Source: Clostridioides phage LIBA6276
Reading direction: 5' to 3' (one strand)
DNA length: 64,000 nucleotides
Sequence record: MF547662.1
Under the pieces are notes generated by a model. It did not search any database. It saw only the letters and a list, made by a program, of their open reading frames with translations, and was not told where the DNA came from. Each line of letters begins with the position of its first letter. Position 1 is the first letter of the stretch. A program made the position numbers and the translations under genes. Positions 25,866-36,169 of the stretch are shown here, one piece after another.

Positions 25866-27710
25866 TTATATTTGTACCTTTGTTTTTTTATCATACAAAT
25901 TATATATTGGATATAATTTAAATTTATTCAATAATTCTTTACTCATATTATTCATATTATTTTTAGCTTCTTCATACTTTTCAATTAATATATTTATCGC
26001 ACATTGAATCATTATGTCTTTTGAGTTTTTTCTTTTAATATTATCTAAATCAAGTATTTCATCAATGCTAAAATTTCTAATCCTTTTTATTATTTGATAT
26101 TTATTAATTTTGTTTATATCTACATCAACTTCATTTTCTATCCATTCTAATAACTCTAGTGCCTCAATTAAATATTCTTTAATAAGTATTTTATCATAGT
26201 ATTTAATTAATTCTAAAATATATGACATGACTCTATCTGTATACTCTGGTGTTTTTTTATATTTTTTAATATTTATAGTTGCTTTACTTACATCGAAATT
26301 AATACTATCCATATCATTATAATTTAAAAGTATATATGGACTGCATTGCATGTCTCCTTCTCTTTGAGTAATAGTAAGGTTATTTTTTTTATCAAAAATA
26401 TTAATAAGATTCCAACTATTATCTGTTTCTATCTTATATAAGATTATTTTCTTTTCATTAATTTTCATATATGCAAATCCTGAATGTTTACTCATATTCT
26501 TTTTTTTAATTGTTTTATTATTAATAAATATACTTATAAGTGTATTTATCTTCCCATAATCTTCCTGAGACATATTATCTAATAAGAAATTTTCTTGTTT
26601 TATTTCAAGCATCTCTAATAGATTCTTAAAATCTTCAAAAAATAATATATTTTCTATTAAATCATTTTCTTCGCATGGCATAGTTTTTAAATCTAAATCA
26701 ATAAGTTTATCTTTTGTTGAAAATTCTTTTATAAGTACTTTTTTATGTTTAAATATATCTAATAACATCTTTAAATTATTTAAATGACTATCAACAGTTC
26801 CACTTGGTTCTTTTATCGTAAAATTTATATCAATAGACTTATTGATTAATTTCTCATCTAATATACGGTAAATATAAATAACAATAAAATTATTGATAGT
26901 TATTTTGTGATTGGTTTTATTTACTGTTGATATATATTCATTATTTTTATAAATATTATTTTTTATAAAAATATCTACAATAGTTTTTGTATTTAATTCT
27001 TTAAGATACAATTTATTCACACAAGGTAAATCAATTGTATCTAAATCTTCATGTTTAAGTGGTTTGTAAGCATACACACTTCTATTAAATAAATCATATC
27101 TATTATCTATTTCTGCAATATCTATTGAAATCTCTTTGTCTCTTTCACTTAGTTCTATTTGTTTATCTACTAAATTTTTTGTTTGTTTATTTATATTACG
27201 ATAAAACGAATTAACTATTCTTTCAAAATGATTATTTTCAGGTCTTAGTTCATATAGCTCTACAGACTTGGTCAATTGATTTTTCTTCGTTCTATCTATT
27301 TCATTTAATATATTTATCAAATCAACTGGAAGTAAATTTCTATAATAAACTTTTATTTTGTTAACACTTTTAATTTCAACAACAAATAAAATAACACCTT
27401 CATTATTGTAGTAGTTTCTTAAATCACTAACATCCATTGAAAAAGTTCTTTTTTTGCCACTTAACTTTTTTACCTCCTTTGCTTTAAGTTGTATATTTAT
27501 TTTTCTTAATAAATTTTCTTTTTTATTATCTAAACAATTTTCCTTCTCAATTTTATTTTTTTCATATAAAAATAGTTCTCCGTCCCAAGATGGTGTTTTG
27601 TCATTTGATTGAATATTTGCTTCAATATTTCCCGCAATCGCACATAATTTTTGAATCTCAGCAATAGATAAATTTTCCTTGTGTATATTTGAAATCTTAC
27701 TTGTTCCCAT
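25866..27710 (-). CDS. large hypothetical protein, 614 aa; orphan and lysine-rich; possible phage-defence or abortive-infection candidate
   Basis: strong RBS AAAGGAGGTGGC; no recognisable catalytic motif; sits between the integrase and a TA module. Confidence 0.5.
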   Translation of the reverse strand: MGTSKISNIHKENLSIAEIQKLCAIAGNIEANIQSNDKTPSWDGELFLYEKNKIEKENCLDNKKENLLRKINIQLKAKEVKKLSGKKRTFSMDVSDLRNYYNNEGVILFVVEIKSVNKIKVYYRNLLPVDLINILNEIDRTKKNQLTKSVELYELRPENNHFERIVNSFYRNINKQTKNLVDKQIELSERDKEISIDIAEIDNRYDLFNRSVYAYKPLKHEDLDTIDLPCVNKLYLKELNTKTIVDIFIKNNIYKNNEYISTVNKTNHKITINNFIVIYIYRILDEKLINKSIDINFTIKEPSGTVDSHLNNLKMLLDIFKHKKVLIKEFSTKDKLIDLDLKTMPCEENDLIENILFFEDFKNLLEMLEIKQENFLLDNMSQEDYGKINTLISIFINNKTIKKKNMSKHSGFAYMKINEKKIILYKIETDNSWNLINIFDKKNNLTITQREGDMQCSPYILLNYNDMDSINFDVSKATINIKKYKKTPEYTDRVMSYILELIKYYDKILIKEYLIEALELLEWIENEVDVDINKINKYQIIKRIRNFSIDEILDLDNIKRKNSKDIMIQCAINILIEKYEEAKNNMNNMSKELLNKFKLYPIYNLYDKKTKVQI

Positions 27711-27754
27711 AGAATATAGCCACCTCCTTTGATAACCTATTATATATTATACCA

Positions 27755-28867
27755 TTAATTAGCTTTGAATAAATTTTCAGATATTCTATCTGAAGCTTCT
27801 TTATCCATTTCTTTAAGTACATGAGAATATACATTAAGAGTAGTATTAATATTTGAATGTCCCACCCTTTCAGATATAACCTTTATAGGTACTTTAGAAT
27901 TTATAAGTAAAGTAACATGTGAATGTCTTAAGTCATGAAATCTAATATGAGGTAAATCATTGTTCTCTAAGAATTTTCTAAATTTCTTACTCATTACATC
28001 TTCAGCAATTGGATTCCCTTTTCTATCAAAAAATAGTAAGTTATATTCATTTCTAACAATACTTCTCAATAACTTCTTATTCTGCTCCAGCCTATAATTT
28101 TTTAGTAAATTCATAAGCTCTATTGGTGCAAATATTTTTCTAACAGAGCTTTCTGTCTTTGGCTCTTTAAGTATAACAGAACCATCTAATCTACTAGTTA
28201 TCTTATTTACTGTTATTGTATTTTCATCAAAATCAATATTATCCCAAGTTAATCCCAAAACTTCTGAAAGTCTTAATCCTAGACCTATAGCTAAACTAAT
28301 AGGAAGCTCCATATTAGTTCCTTTAGCTAACTCTAATAATTTTAACATTTGTTCTTTATCATAAATTTCATTTTTAAATTTTTTAATTCTTGGACTTTCT
28401 ATACCATCTATAATATTTTCTTTTATTAACTTAATTCTATACGCTCTCTTTATTGCAAGTCTCAATACATTTATATGTACTTTAATAGTTTGAGGGTTTA
28501 AGTTACCAGCTAAATCATCTACATAATTCTGTATATGAATATTTCTCAACTCTTGAAGACGATATTTTCCAATAGAAGGATTAATATGATTTTTACAAAT
28601 AGCAATGTAACTTTTATATGTAGATGCCGAAATATTATCTTTATATTTTTCAAGAAAGTCTAATATAAATCCAGCTAGAGTGATTTCATTTGGAACAAGA
28701 AAACTATCTTTATATATACTGTCCTTAACTTCAGCCAATCTTTTATTAGCATCTCTCTTTTTATCAAAAGCTCCCATATTCTTTTGTTTTCTTTTTCCTG
28801 ATTCATCATCTCTAAATTCTAAGTACACTACATAATTTTTATTTCTTTTTCTTATAAAAGCGTTCAT
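27755..28867 (-). CDS. int: phage integrase, tyrosine recombinase
   Basis: GLRLSEVLGLTWDNID ... HDLRHSHVTLL...VGHSNINTTLNVYSHV catalytic signature; 370 aa with an N-terminal SAM-like domain. Confidence 0.85.
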   Translation of the reverse strand: MNAFIRKRNKNYVVYLEFRDDESGKRKQKNMGAFDKKRDANKRLAEVKDSIYKDSFLVPNEITLAGFILDFLEKYKDNISASTYKSYIAICKNHINPSIGKYRLQELRNIHIQNYVDDLAGNLNPQTIKVHINVLRLAIKRAYRIKLIKENIIDGIESPRIKKFKNEIYDKEQMLKLLELAKGTNMELPISLAIGLGLRLSEVLGLTWDNIDFDENTITVNKITSRLDGSVILKEPKTESSVRKIFAPIELMNLLKNYRLEQNKKLLRSIVRNEYNLLFFDRKGNPIAEDVMSKKFRKFLENNDLPHIRFHDLRHSHVTLLINSKVPIKVISERVGHSNINTTLNVYSHVLKEMDKEASDRISENLFKAN

Positions 28868-29006
28868 GGTTATCCCTCCTATGAAAATTCATATACTTAT
28901 TATACCATACAGAGGAGGCAAAAAATAGTCATTTTAGCTGACTTTCAACTGACTTTTTTAATTCTTTTATTTATATAATTATTGAAATTACTTAGTTGTA
29001 AAGAAA

Positions 29007-29037
29007 TAAGACATAGAATACACAATTCTATGTCTTA
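29007..29037. repeat. perfect 13-bp inverted repeat (taagacatagaat-acaca-attctatgtctta) upstream of int
   Basis: seen in sequence; nearby direct repeats ctgacttt (x2) and aatcgaattt (x2). Confidence 0.5.
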
Positions 29038-29317
29038 TACTAGTAATTTATTTATTTTTTATATTTTGCGTTTTAAGCAATCGAATTTCTGAATAGGACT
29101 AATTATAAGCATTGATTTTTATAAAGCCTTAAAATCGAATTTAGAAGGTCATTTCGTTTTGATAAGTTTTAAATTCTAATTAAGTATTAGGATAATTAGA
29201 TAGTAAAGAGTTAATCTGGAATTTATTATATAAAACAACTTTAATAGTGGAAAATATAACTTTAAATGTGGTATAATATTTTATATAATAAATTATAAAA
29301 AGGAGGTTGATATATCT

Positions 29318-30160
29318 ATGAAACTTGATTTTAAACCAACAAAAGTACCTGAAATTGAAATACAGGATGCAGCAGGTATAAATTATCTAAACAGAATAGG
29401 TACAAAAAATAGTGATACTCATTATAAGATTACTAAAAATAGAGTTACTTTTAGAGTAAAAAAAGAAGATATATTTGTTAAATTTTTAGATAATGGTAAA
29501 AAAGAACTGAATGAAAAATATTACTTATATATCGAATATTTAAAAGAGACTATTTTAAAAGAAGAAGTTGAATCTTTTGAAATAGGATTTGAAAAAGCTA
29601 ATATTTGGGCTGATAAGCACTTAAGTGACTTTGAATATTTAAATTCATTAATTTGGGATATTAAAGAAAAGAGACAATCCAAAATATTAGAAGAAGAAAA
29701 TGTTGACACCCTAGAGAAGGCTAAAACTGTTAAATTTCCTTGTTTCTCAAAATACTCAGGTGAATATATATATGATGTAATGCAAACTGATTTAGAGCAT
29801 TGTGTTGCATATTATGCAGGAAATTTAAACAGTAAAGAATTTAACTTTTCAAGTGTTGGTGTTAATCAGTTAAATTACAATCCATCATCAGAAAGAACTA
29901 AAAGTTATAATTGCATAAAATATTTATTAGATACATTTTATCCTCATATATCAAAAAATTTATTAGCTTATTTTAAAGATATAAGTCTTGATGATGCAAA
30001 AAAAATTATTTTTACAAGTGGAAAATACAAAGGTAAAACAGCATATGATGTTTATAAAGAAAATAGAAGTTATTTAGAATGGTATTTACAAAATACAAAA
30101 AAAACTATATATAATATTAGAATGATAACAGCTATTAATCTAATTAAAGAATGTGAATAA
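29318..30160 (+). CDS. hypothetical protein with two tandem GKYKG/Y..W motifs
   Basis: FSKYSGEYIYDVMQTDLEHCVAYY and FTSGKYKGKTAYDVYKENRSYLEWYL repeats; promoter tggtataat at 29263. Confidence 0.4.
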   Translation: MKLDFKPTKVPEIEIQDAAGINYLNRIGTKNSDTHYKITKNRVTFRVKKEDIFVKFLDNGKKELNEKYYLYIEYLKETILKEEVESFEIGFEKANIWADKHLSDFEYLNSLIWDIKEKRQSKILEEENVDTLEKAKTVKFPCFSKYSGEYIYDVMQTDLEHCVAYYAGNLNSKEFNFSSVGVNQLNYNPSSERTKSYNCIKYLLDTFYPHISKNLLAYFKDISLDDAKKIIFTSGKYKGKTAYDVYKENRSYLEWYLQNTKKTIYNIRMITAINLIKECE

Positions 30161-30162
30161 AA

Positions 30163-31473
30163 ATGGATGTATTAAATTTACCAGATTTTGAAGTTATTGA
30201 TACAATAATAAATGAACACGATATGACTGTAATTGTTAAACCTAAAAAAGAACCCACCATATGTTATGAATGTGGTTGCACTGAATATTATAAGCATGGA
30301 AAGTCTACACGTTCTGTTAAGGATTTAAATATTTTTGACAAACATGTAGTAATAGAAATACATAGTTATAGATATAAATGTAAACATTGTAATTCTACAT
30401 TCAATCAAAAATATAAAAGCATTGATGAAAGAGGTAAAATTACTATTAGATTAAGAAAACAGATAGAAAAAGAATCTCTTAAGAAACCATTTTCCAGTAT
30501 TGCAGATGAATATAGTGTTTCACCAACCACAGTAAAAAGAATGTTTGAAGTTTATATGAAGGAACTTGAAAAAAATATAGTTTACACTACCCCAATAGTG
30601 TTGAGTATAAATGGACTATATCTTAAGAACTCAGTAAGAGCTATATATATAGATGTAGTCCATCATAAAATTCTTGATATTCAAGCAACTAGAAATAAAA
30701 CTGATATCAAAGCATTTTTAAATAAATTTCCTAATAAAAAACAAATCGAAGTCATAATAATTGATATGTGCAAACATTGTAAAGAAGCAATTTATGAGGA
30801 ATTACCAAAGGTAAAAATTATTATAGATAGATTTCATGTTTTACAATTAATTACAAATGCCCTAGAAAAAGAAAGAAAGTCTTTTAAAGATACTTTAACA
30901 ATTAAGCAACGCAAAAAACTATTAAAAGATAAAATTTTACTATCAAAAAATAGAGAGGAATTAAAAGATGAACAAATACAGAATATGCAAACGATATTCA
31001 ATGAATTTCCACATTTAAAATTAGTATATGAGCTTAAGGAACAATTTAGAGATATTTATGGATGTCAAAATAAAGAAGATGCTTTTAAAATATATGAGAA
31101 ATGGAAATTGTCAGTTCCTAAAAATATGAAATATTACCAAGAGGTGATAAAAACAGTTGATAGTTGGTACTTAGAGATATTTAACTATTTTGGATATAGA
31201 ACAGCAAATACTTCTACTGAAAGCGTAAATAATTTAATTAAATATATTGAAAAAGCTGGAAAAGGTTATAGATTTGAAATTTTTAGAGCTAAGATATTAT
31301 TTGAAACAATAGCAACTAATAAACCTAAATATAACAAATTAACCTCAACTAAAATTGTAAATACCATCAAGTCTTTTAGTTGGGATGATTCATATAATAA
31401 AGAAAAATTAATAGAGGGATTCGGAGTTAATATTCCACAATTACTTGAAGTTTTCAAAAGTGATAGATTTTAA
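30163..31473 (+). mobile_element. ISL3-family transposase gene (IS ends not identified)
   Basis: N-terminal C-x2-C...C-x2-C zinc finger, a VSPTTVKR HTH, and PKVKIIIDRFHVLQL, which is very close to the ISL3 consensus as I recall it (PKAKIVIDRFHIVQL); TESVNNLIKYIEKAGKGYR tail. Confidence 0.7.
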
Positions 31474-31777
31474 TTTGTTCTTTTATTTTTTCAATAATAC
31501 TTATGTTATATTATTAACAGATAAAAAAGTCATCTAAATTAATAGATGACTTAATCATTTTTATGCTACTTTTTCAATGTATTTTTCATTAACAACATAA
31601 GTCTTGAACTTATGTACTATCATTATATCCTGCATGTTCTCTAGTGTCATTATAACTCTAATTCATTTTTTCAATAGAAAATCTTAATCCTGTATAGATA
31701 TTTTCTAAATGATATAATGTCATACATTTGTCATCATAATAATAATTATATTTTTCCAGTATTATATATTTATTCAT

Positions 31778-32251
31778 TTATCTTATTCCAGTACTTCCGA
31801 AGCCATTCTTGCCTCTTTGTGATTCAGATAATTCATCTACAACTTTTAATATGGCTCTTGGCACTTGTTGAAATACACCTTGAGCTAATTTGGTATGTTT
31901 AGGAATTAGGATTTCAAAGTCTTCTTCATTATATGTAATTATTTTAATTTCACCTCTATAACCTGAATCAACTGTACCAAATCTTACTGTTGGATATATT
32001 CTAGTTGTTTTGGCATTAAGAAAAAACATTCCCTCAATGCCATTTAAGCTTATACCACTTCTAGGTCTGACTTGCATTTCATACCCAAACGGAATTTCCA
32101 ATGCTATACCTGTAGAAATTGCTACTGCTGACCTAGCTGGAATCACTGTATTTTCTAGTGTGTATAAATCAATCCCACTATCGCCTTCTTTTGCATAAAT
32201 TGGGATTATCGCATTTGGACTTAGTTTTTTTATTTTAACATTTATACTCAT
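31778..32251 (-). CDS. dut: dUTP diphosphatase
   Basis: GDSGIDLY, RSG, and FGTVDSGYRGEIKI dUTPase motifs. Confidence 0.8.
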   Translation of the reverse strand: MSINVKIKKLSPNAIIPIYAKEGDSGIDLYTLENTVIPARSAVAISTGIALEIPFGYEMQVRPRSGISLNGIEGMFFLNAKTTRIYPTVRFGTVDSGYRGEIKIITYNEEDFEILIPKHTKLAQGVFQQVPRAILKVVDELSESQRGKNGFGSTGIR

Positions 32252-32274
32252 TGATTTAATCTCCCTTTTTAAAA

Positions 32275-32769
32275 TTATTTATTAGTATTTATTTTATTTA
32301 AATATGCTATTCCAAGAGCTATAGCATCATATATATCACTACTCTTCGCTTTACAAGTCCTGTCAATATATTCTCCAATATCAATAATATTTTCTCTTAC
32401 ATAAACAGCCACTTCTTCTTTTTTAGCCTTACCACTATTCATAAGATATTTTCTAATAGATACTGGATACATATATTCAATCTCTATATTATTTAATTTT
32501 ACAGTCCTCATTATTGCCCCTAAGAGTTTTCTTAAACTAAGAATTGTTTTAGAATTTCTTGAAGTGAATTGGTCTTCAACTAAGACTATTTGAATATTAT
32601 GAGTTGTAATTATCTCTTGAATTGTATTACAGATATAGCACATTCTCTCATCTTCAGACTTGAATTTATCTTTTTTAGTTACTATTTTTCCATATTTTAA
32701 TACCTTTTTATTTCTATTTATAACTGCCCATCCAGTTGAGGACATGGATATATCTAGGGCTAATACCAT
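32275..32769 (-). CDS. RuvC-like Holliday junction resolvase
   Basis: N-terminal LALDISMSSTGWAV and an internal VLVEDQF acidic catalytic motif. Confidence 0.55.
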   Translation of the reverse strand: MVLALDISMSSTGWAVINRNKKVLKYGKIVTKKDKFKSEDERMCYICNTIQEIITTHNIQIVLVEDQFTSRNSKTILSLRKLLGAIMRTVKLNNIEIEYMYPVSIRKYLMNSGKAKKEEVAVYVRENIIDIGEYIDRTCKAKSSDIYDAIALGIAYLNKINTNK

Positions 32770-33332
32770 TCAATCCCTTCTTTCATATGTATTTTGACTT
32801 GCTCCACTGCATTAATTAGATTAGTGTTGTTTGGTATTGCAATATAACTTTCATTATTTAGAAAATCATTAAATTTAAGTTTATCATCTGCTAATCTTCT
32901 CTCTATTTCTTTAGCATTATCACCCCTATTAATAAGTCTTTTTCTTAATATATTCTCATCTGTATTTATAAAAAATGGTATTAACTTAGTTTTTGTTCCC
33001 ATAAAATATTTTTCTAACGCCTTATATCCACATGCATCTACTATAGTCAAAGCATATTTTTTATTTTCTAATTCAGATTTATGTATACCATATAGCCAAG
33101 TGCTGCCATCATGAACTATATATTTTCTCATTTCAATAAAATTATTTTTTTCTTTCTTAAAAAATTTATTATCTACAAAATGATATGTTTTATTGATGAT
33201 TTCTGATTGGCCACGAGGAGGTCTTGTTGTATGTGATATTAGAATTGGAATATTGAATTGCTTTGAAATTTCTGTTACTATGCTATCTTTACCTGAACCT
33301 GAATATCCTAAAAATACAAATATTTTATTCAT
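32760..33332 (-). CDS. guanylate kinase-like nucleotide kinase
   Basis: P-loop GYSGSGKDS plus the ISHTTRPPRGQSE guanylate-kinase signature. Confidence 0.6.
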   Translation of the reverse strand: MNKIFVFLGYSGSGKDSIVTEISKQFNIPILISHTTRPPRGQSEIINKTYHFVDNKFFKKEKNNFIEMRKYIVHDGSTWLYGIHKSELENKKYALTIVDACGYKALEKYFMGTKTKLIPFFINTDENILRKRLINRGDNAKEIERRLADDKLKFNDFLNNESYIAIPNNTNLINAVEQVKIHMKEGIEWY

Positions 33333-33346
33333 TATATTCCTCCCAC

Positions 33347-33709
33347 TTAACCAAATTTTGGATTATATCCTGCGGGGTCGAAAATCCTTTCATTTTCTTT
33401 TTTTTCATTTGTTTCAAACATATAAGGATTATCTATAATTACTTGATGAAGCCCTTTAGCTAATACATCCACTAAATATTCCTCATCTTCACTCTCTATG
33501 CATCTATCTCTAAATATACAATGAAATAGCTCATGTAAAAATGTAGCTTCTTTTACTCTTTGTGATTGTAAATTATTAGATAATTTTATTGTTTCAGTTC
33601 CATAATCAGCTAATCCATAACATAATTGATTATTTACTAGAATAGGTTCTTCTGTCTCTTCTATTTTATAGAATAAACCTCCTACTTTTACTTGCTTTGG
33701 TATATTCAT
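33347..33709 (-). CDS. small HExxH protein (putative zinc metallopeptidase-like)
   Basis: LHELFHCIF motif. Confidence 0.3.
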   Translation of the reverse strand: MNIPKQVKVGGLFYKIEETEEPILVNNQLCYGLADYGTETIKLSNNLQSQRVKEATFLHELFHCIFRDRCIESEDEEYLVDVLAKGLHQVIIDNPYMFETNEKKENERIFDPAGYNPKFG

Positions 33710-33743
33710 TTAAACACTCTCCAATCTTATTAAAATTCAAATT

Positions 33744-34553
33744 TTATTGTGATTTTGATTTTCTAAAACTCTTGTTTTCCTTGTGTTTACAACCTTCCAT
33801 TATTAAACTTTCTGTATTTCTCATCCTTTTTACCCCCTTATTAAAACTTTCTTCGTTTAATTCTATTCCAATAAACCTTCTATTTGTTTCTAATGCTGCT
33901 ACTCCTGTTGAAATTACACCAGCAGTAAAATCTAAAATTACATCTCCCTCATTTGAATATGTCATTATTAAATCTTTTAAAAGTGGTACAGGTTTTTCGG
34001 TTGGATGTATTGGTGGGTGAGGTCTAGAATATTTTAGGATTTGTTTAGGATATTTTAAGTTCCCTTCTCTCTCAACTCTTGCAAAATTGCCATAATTGTT
34101 ATTGTTTTTACATTTACTTTCTCCATTAACCTTACCTATACTGTGACTAGGCTTTCCAACTATCATTTGTGGGTTATATACTGGTGGTTTTTCATAAAAT
34201 ATTGCTATCTCTTCAACATTTTTTAAAGGCATTCTTTTAGCATTTAAAAAACCACTTGGTCTGTCTTTTTCCCAATATTTCATTATTTTGAAGTGCTTAT
34301 CATTACTGCATATTAATTTAGATGTAAATGGTTGATTGGTAAATAGTATAATTGGAGTATTTTTATTCCTTCTTAATTTATATAATCTATCCCACATAGC
34401 ATTAAATGCTAAAGGTTTATCCCAATTATTTTTAGTTATCCCCTGTGGTATATCAGCAATTATTGCATCTACTTTTACATTTTTTTCAATTAATGTATCC
34501 ATTATTTTTAAACATTCATCATTGTATAACTCATATCTGGTTGTTTTAAGCAA
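33744..34553 (-). CDS. beta-class N6/N4 DNA methyltransferase, orphan, with atypical motif IV
   Basis: HPTEKPVPLL...VILDFTAGVISTGVAALETNRRFIGIEL (motif I region) and N-terminal VDAIIADIPQG where DPPY is expected. Confidence 0.65.
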   Translation of the reverse strand: MLKTTRYELYNDECLKIMDTLIEKNVKVDAIIADIPQGITKNNWDKPLAFNAMWDRLYKLRRNKNTPIILFTNQPFTSKLICSNDKHFKIMKYWEKDRPSGFLNAKRMPLKNVEEIAIFYEKPPVYNPQMIVGKPSHSIGKVNGESKCKNNNNYGNFARVEREGNLKYPKQILKYSRPHPPIHPTEKPVPLLKDLIMTYSNEGDVILDFTAGVISTGVAALETNRRFIGIELNEESFNKGVKRMRNTESLIMEGCKHKENKSFRKSKSQ

Positions 34554-34747
34554 GTTATCACCTCTTATAAACTTTTTAAATTAGGACTGACTCATATCTT
34601 ACAATTTACCCTGTAATGAGAACATAGAGTTTTACAAAAAAAACTGATTACTTTTGTCATCACTTTTGCACCAAACACTCTCATCATTGAAATTTAGCTG
34701 TTTTATTTGAGTAACTGTATCAACAACAAAATCAATTAATTGTTTCT

Positions 34748-35041
34748 CTAGTTCTTTAGTATATTTAATTTACTAAAACTATATAATTTTTTCATTGTAT
34801 CATTCAGTCTCTCTATAAGTTTTTCTATCATATCAAATCCAGCTAACATCATAGAAAAGAATATTCCTATAGATGTTATAATATCTAATATATATTCAAT
34901 TATACATGACGGGCTAGAATAAAAGCCTACATCTGTATTTCTTCCAAAATATAAACTATATCCCAAATTAAAAATTAAGAAAAATATCATCAAGTATAAT
35001 GCTCTGTATTTACTATTAATTATTTTTTTCATTTTCATCAC
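34748..35041 (-). CDS. small membrane protein
   Basis: hydrophobic 97-aa ORF. Confidence 0.3.
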   Translation of the reverse strand: MMKMKKIINSKYRALYLMIFFLIFNLGYSLYFGRNTDVGFYSSPSCIIEYILDIITSIGIFFSMMLAGFDMIEKLIERLNDTMKKLYSFSKLNILKN

Positions 35042-35270
35042 TCACCTTTTTTATATCTATTAAATCCCACGCATAGATTGTTTTTTCTGCTGCACTATAT
35101 TTTTCACTTGTATCTAGTTGTATAAATTGCTCATCTACATTTTTTAATCTTCCCTTACAAAATTGTTCTTTTATATCTTCTATAGTTTTATATTTTACAT
35201 TTATAATATCTCCTGTATATAAAACTAAACCATTTTTTAACTGCATTTCTTGTCTGACGTTTTGTATCAT
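35016..35270 (-). CDS. hypothetical protein
   Basis: ORF with a GGAGGT RBS. Confidence 0.3.
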   Translation of the reverse strand: MIQNVRQEMQLKNGLVLYTGDIINVKYKTIEDIKEQFCKGRLKNVDEQFIQLDTSEKYSAAEKTIYAWDLIDIKKVSDENEKNN

Positions 35271-35279
35271 ATATACCTC

Positions 35280-35945
35280 CTAAATATAAAACTCTTTCAT
35301 ATCATCTAATCTTAAACAAGCTAATTTACCATTATCAAAACATGCTCCACAGTCTATATCTATAATTCCTTTTTGTTTATATATTTCAGCCTTTTCATAA
35401 TCTTTAATGTTTTGAGTTGGTGTATGACCAATAATAATTGTGTATCCTTTTATATGTTTATTAGTATTTAATATTGTTCTATCCCACACACAAATATCTT
35501 CTTCTTGTAACTCAATTATTTGCTCTATACTGAGATTCTCATAGTTATTTGGAAGGTATAGTCCAGCATGGACTAGTATAAAATTATCTATTATCTCTAA
35601 ATATGGAAGGTTCTTAATATATTTATAAAAATTTTCTTTATATTCATAAGACTTCATTCCTAAATCATAAAATGTATCTTTACCTCCATTATAAAACCAA
35701 AGAAAACTACTATTTACATCTGTATAACTTTCTTGAAACATTAACTCATGATTACCTTTTAGAAGAGTTATATTCTTATACTTTCTTATATAATCTATAA
35801 TCTCTAAAGACTTATCCCCTCTATCTAATACATCTCCTAAAATATACAAATGGTCATTTGAATTGAAATTGATTTGCTCTAACATTGAAATAAATTTATC
35901 ATACATACCATGTAAGTCACTCATTACATATTTAATAATTACCAC
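35280..35945 (-). CDS. calcineurin-like metallophosphoesterase (Ser/Thr phosphatase family)
   Basis: DLHG, GDVLDRGD, and GNHE motifs. Confidence 0.7.
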   Translation of the reverse strand: MVIIKYVMSDLHGMYDKFISMLEQINFNSNDHLYILGDVLDRGDKSLEIIDYIRKYKNITLLKGNHELMFQESYTDVNSSFLWFYNGGKDTFYDLGMKSYEYKENFYKYIKNLPYLEIIDNFILVHAGLYLPNNYENLSIEQIIELQEEDICVWDRTILNTNKHIKGYTIIIGHTPTQNIKDYEKAEIYKQKGIIDIDCGACFDNGKLACLRLDDMKEFYI

Positions 35946-35973
35946 CTCCTATTAAAACTAACTTTTTAATGTG

Positions 35974-36168
35974 TTATTTATTCTGTTTAGAATATATTTC
36001 ATTTAAATCACAAAGCATACTTAGAACCCTAGAAGAAGCATAAATTTCTTTTTCCAAACATATTTTTGTTTCTTCATTTATTCGGATATTATTATTTATT
36101 CTATTTAAACTTTGTATAAATTTAATTTCTGAATCTTCCATAACTTCTAATTCCTTTTTAAACTCCAT
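35974..36168 (-). CDS. hypothetical protein (start revised to the internal ATG)
   Basis: the track start at 36198 has no RBS and overlaps the upstream small ORF. Confidence 0.3.
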   Translation of the reverse strand: MEFKKELEVMEDSEIKFIQSLNRINNNIRINEETKICLEKEIYASSRVLSMLCDLNEIYSKQNK

Positions 36169-36169
36169 A

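Noticed and set aside
30163-31473. The 436-aa protein as a novel defence or regulatory protein rather than a transposase
   Set aside because: PKVKIIIDRFHVLQL and the C-terminal …NNLIKYIEKAGKGYR are very close to the ISL3 transposase consensus as I recall it; a zinc-finger plus HTH N-terminus is typical of ISL3
31717-34584. Plus-strand ORFs 31717-31902, 32010-32198, 33193-33438, 33263-33463, 33697-34020, 34336-34584
   Set aside because: Lie antisense within well-supported minus-strand genes (dUTPase, kinase, HExxH, methyltransferase); no RBS; spurious
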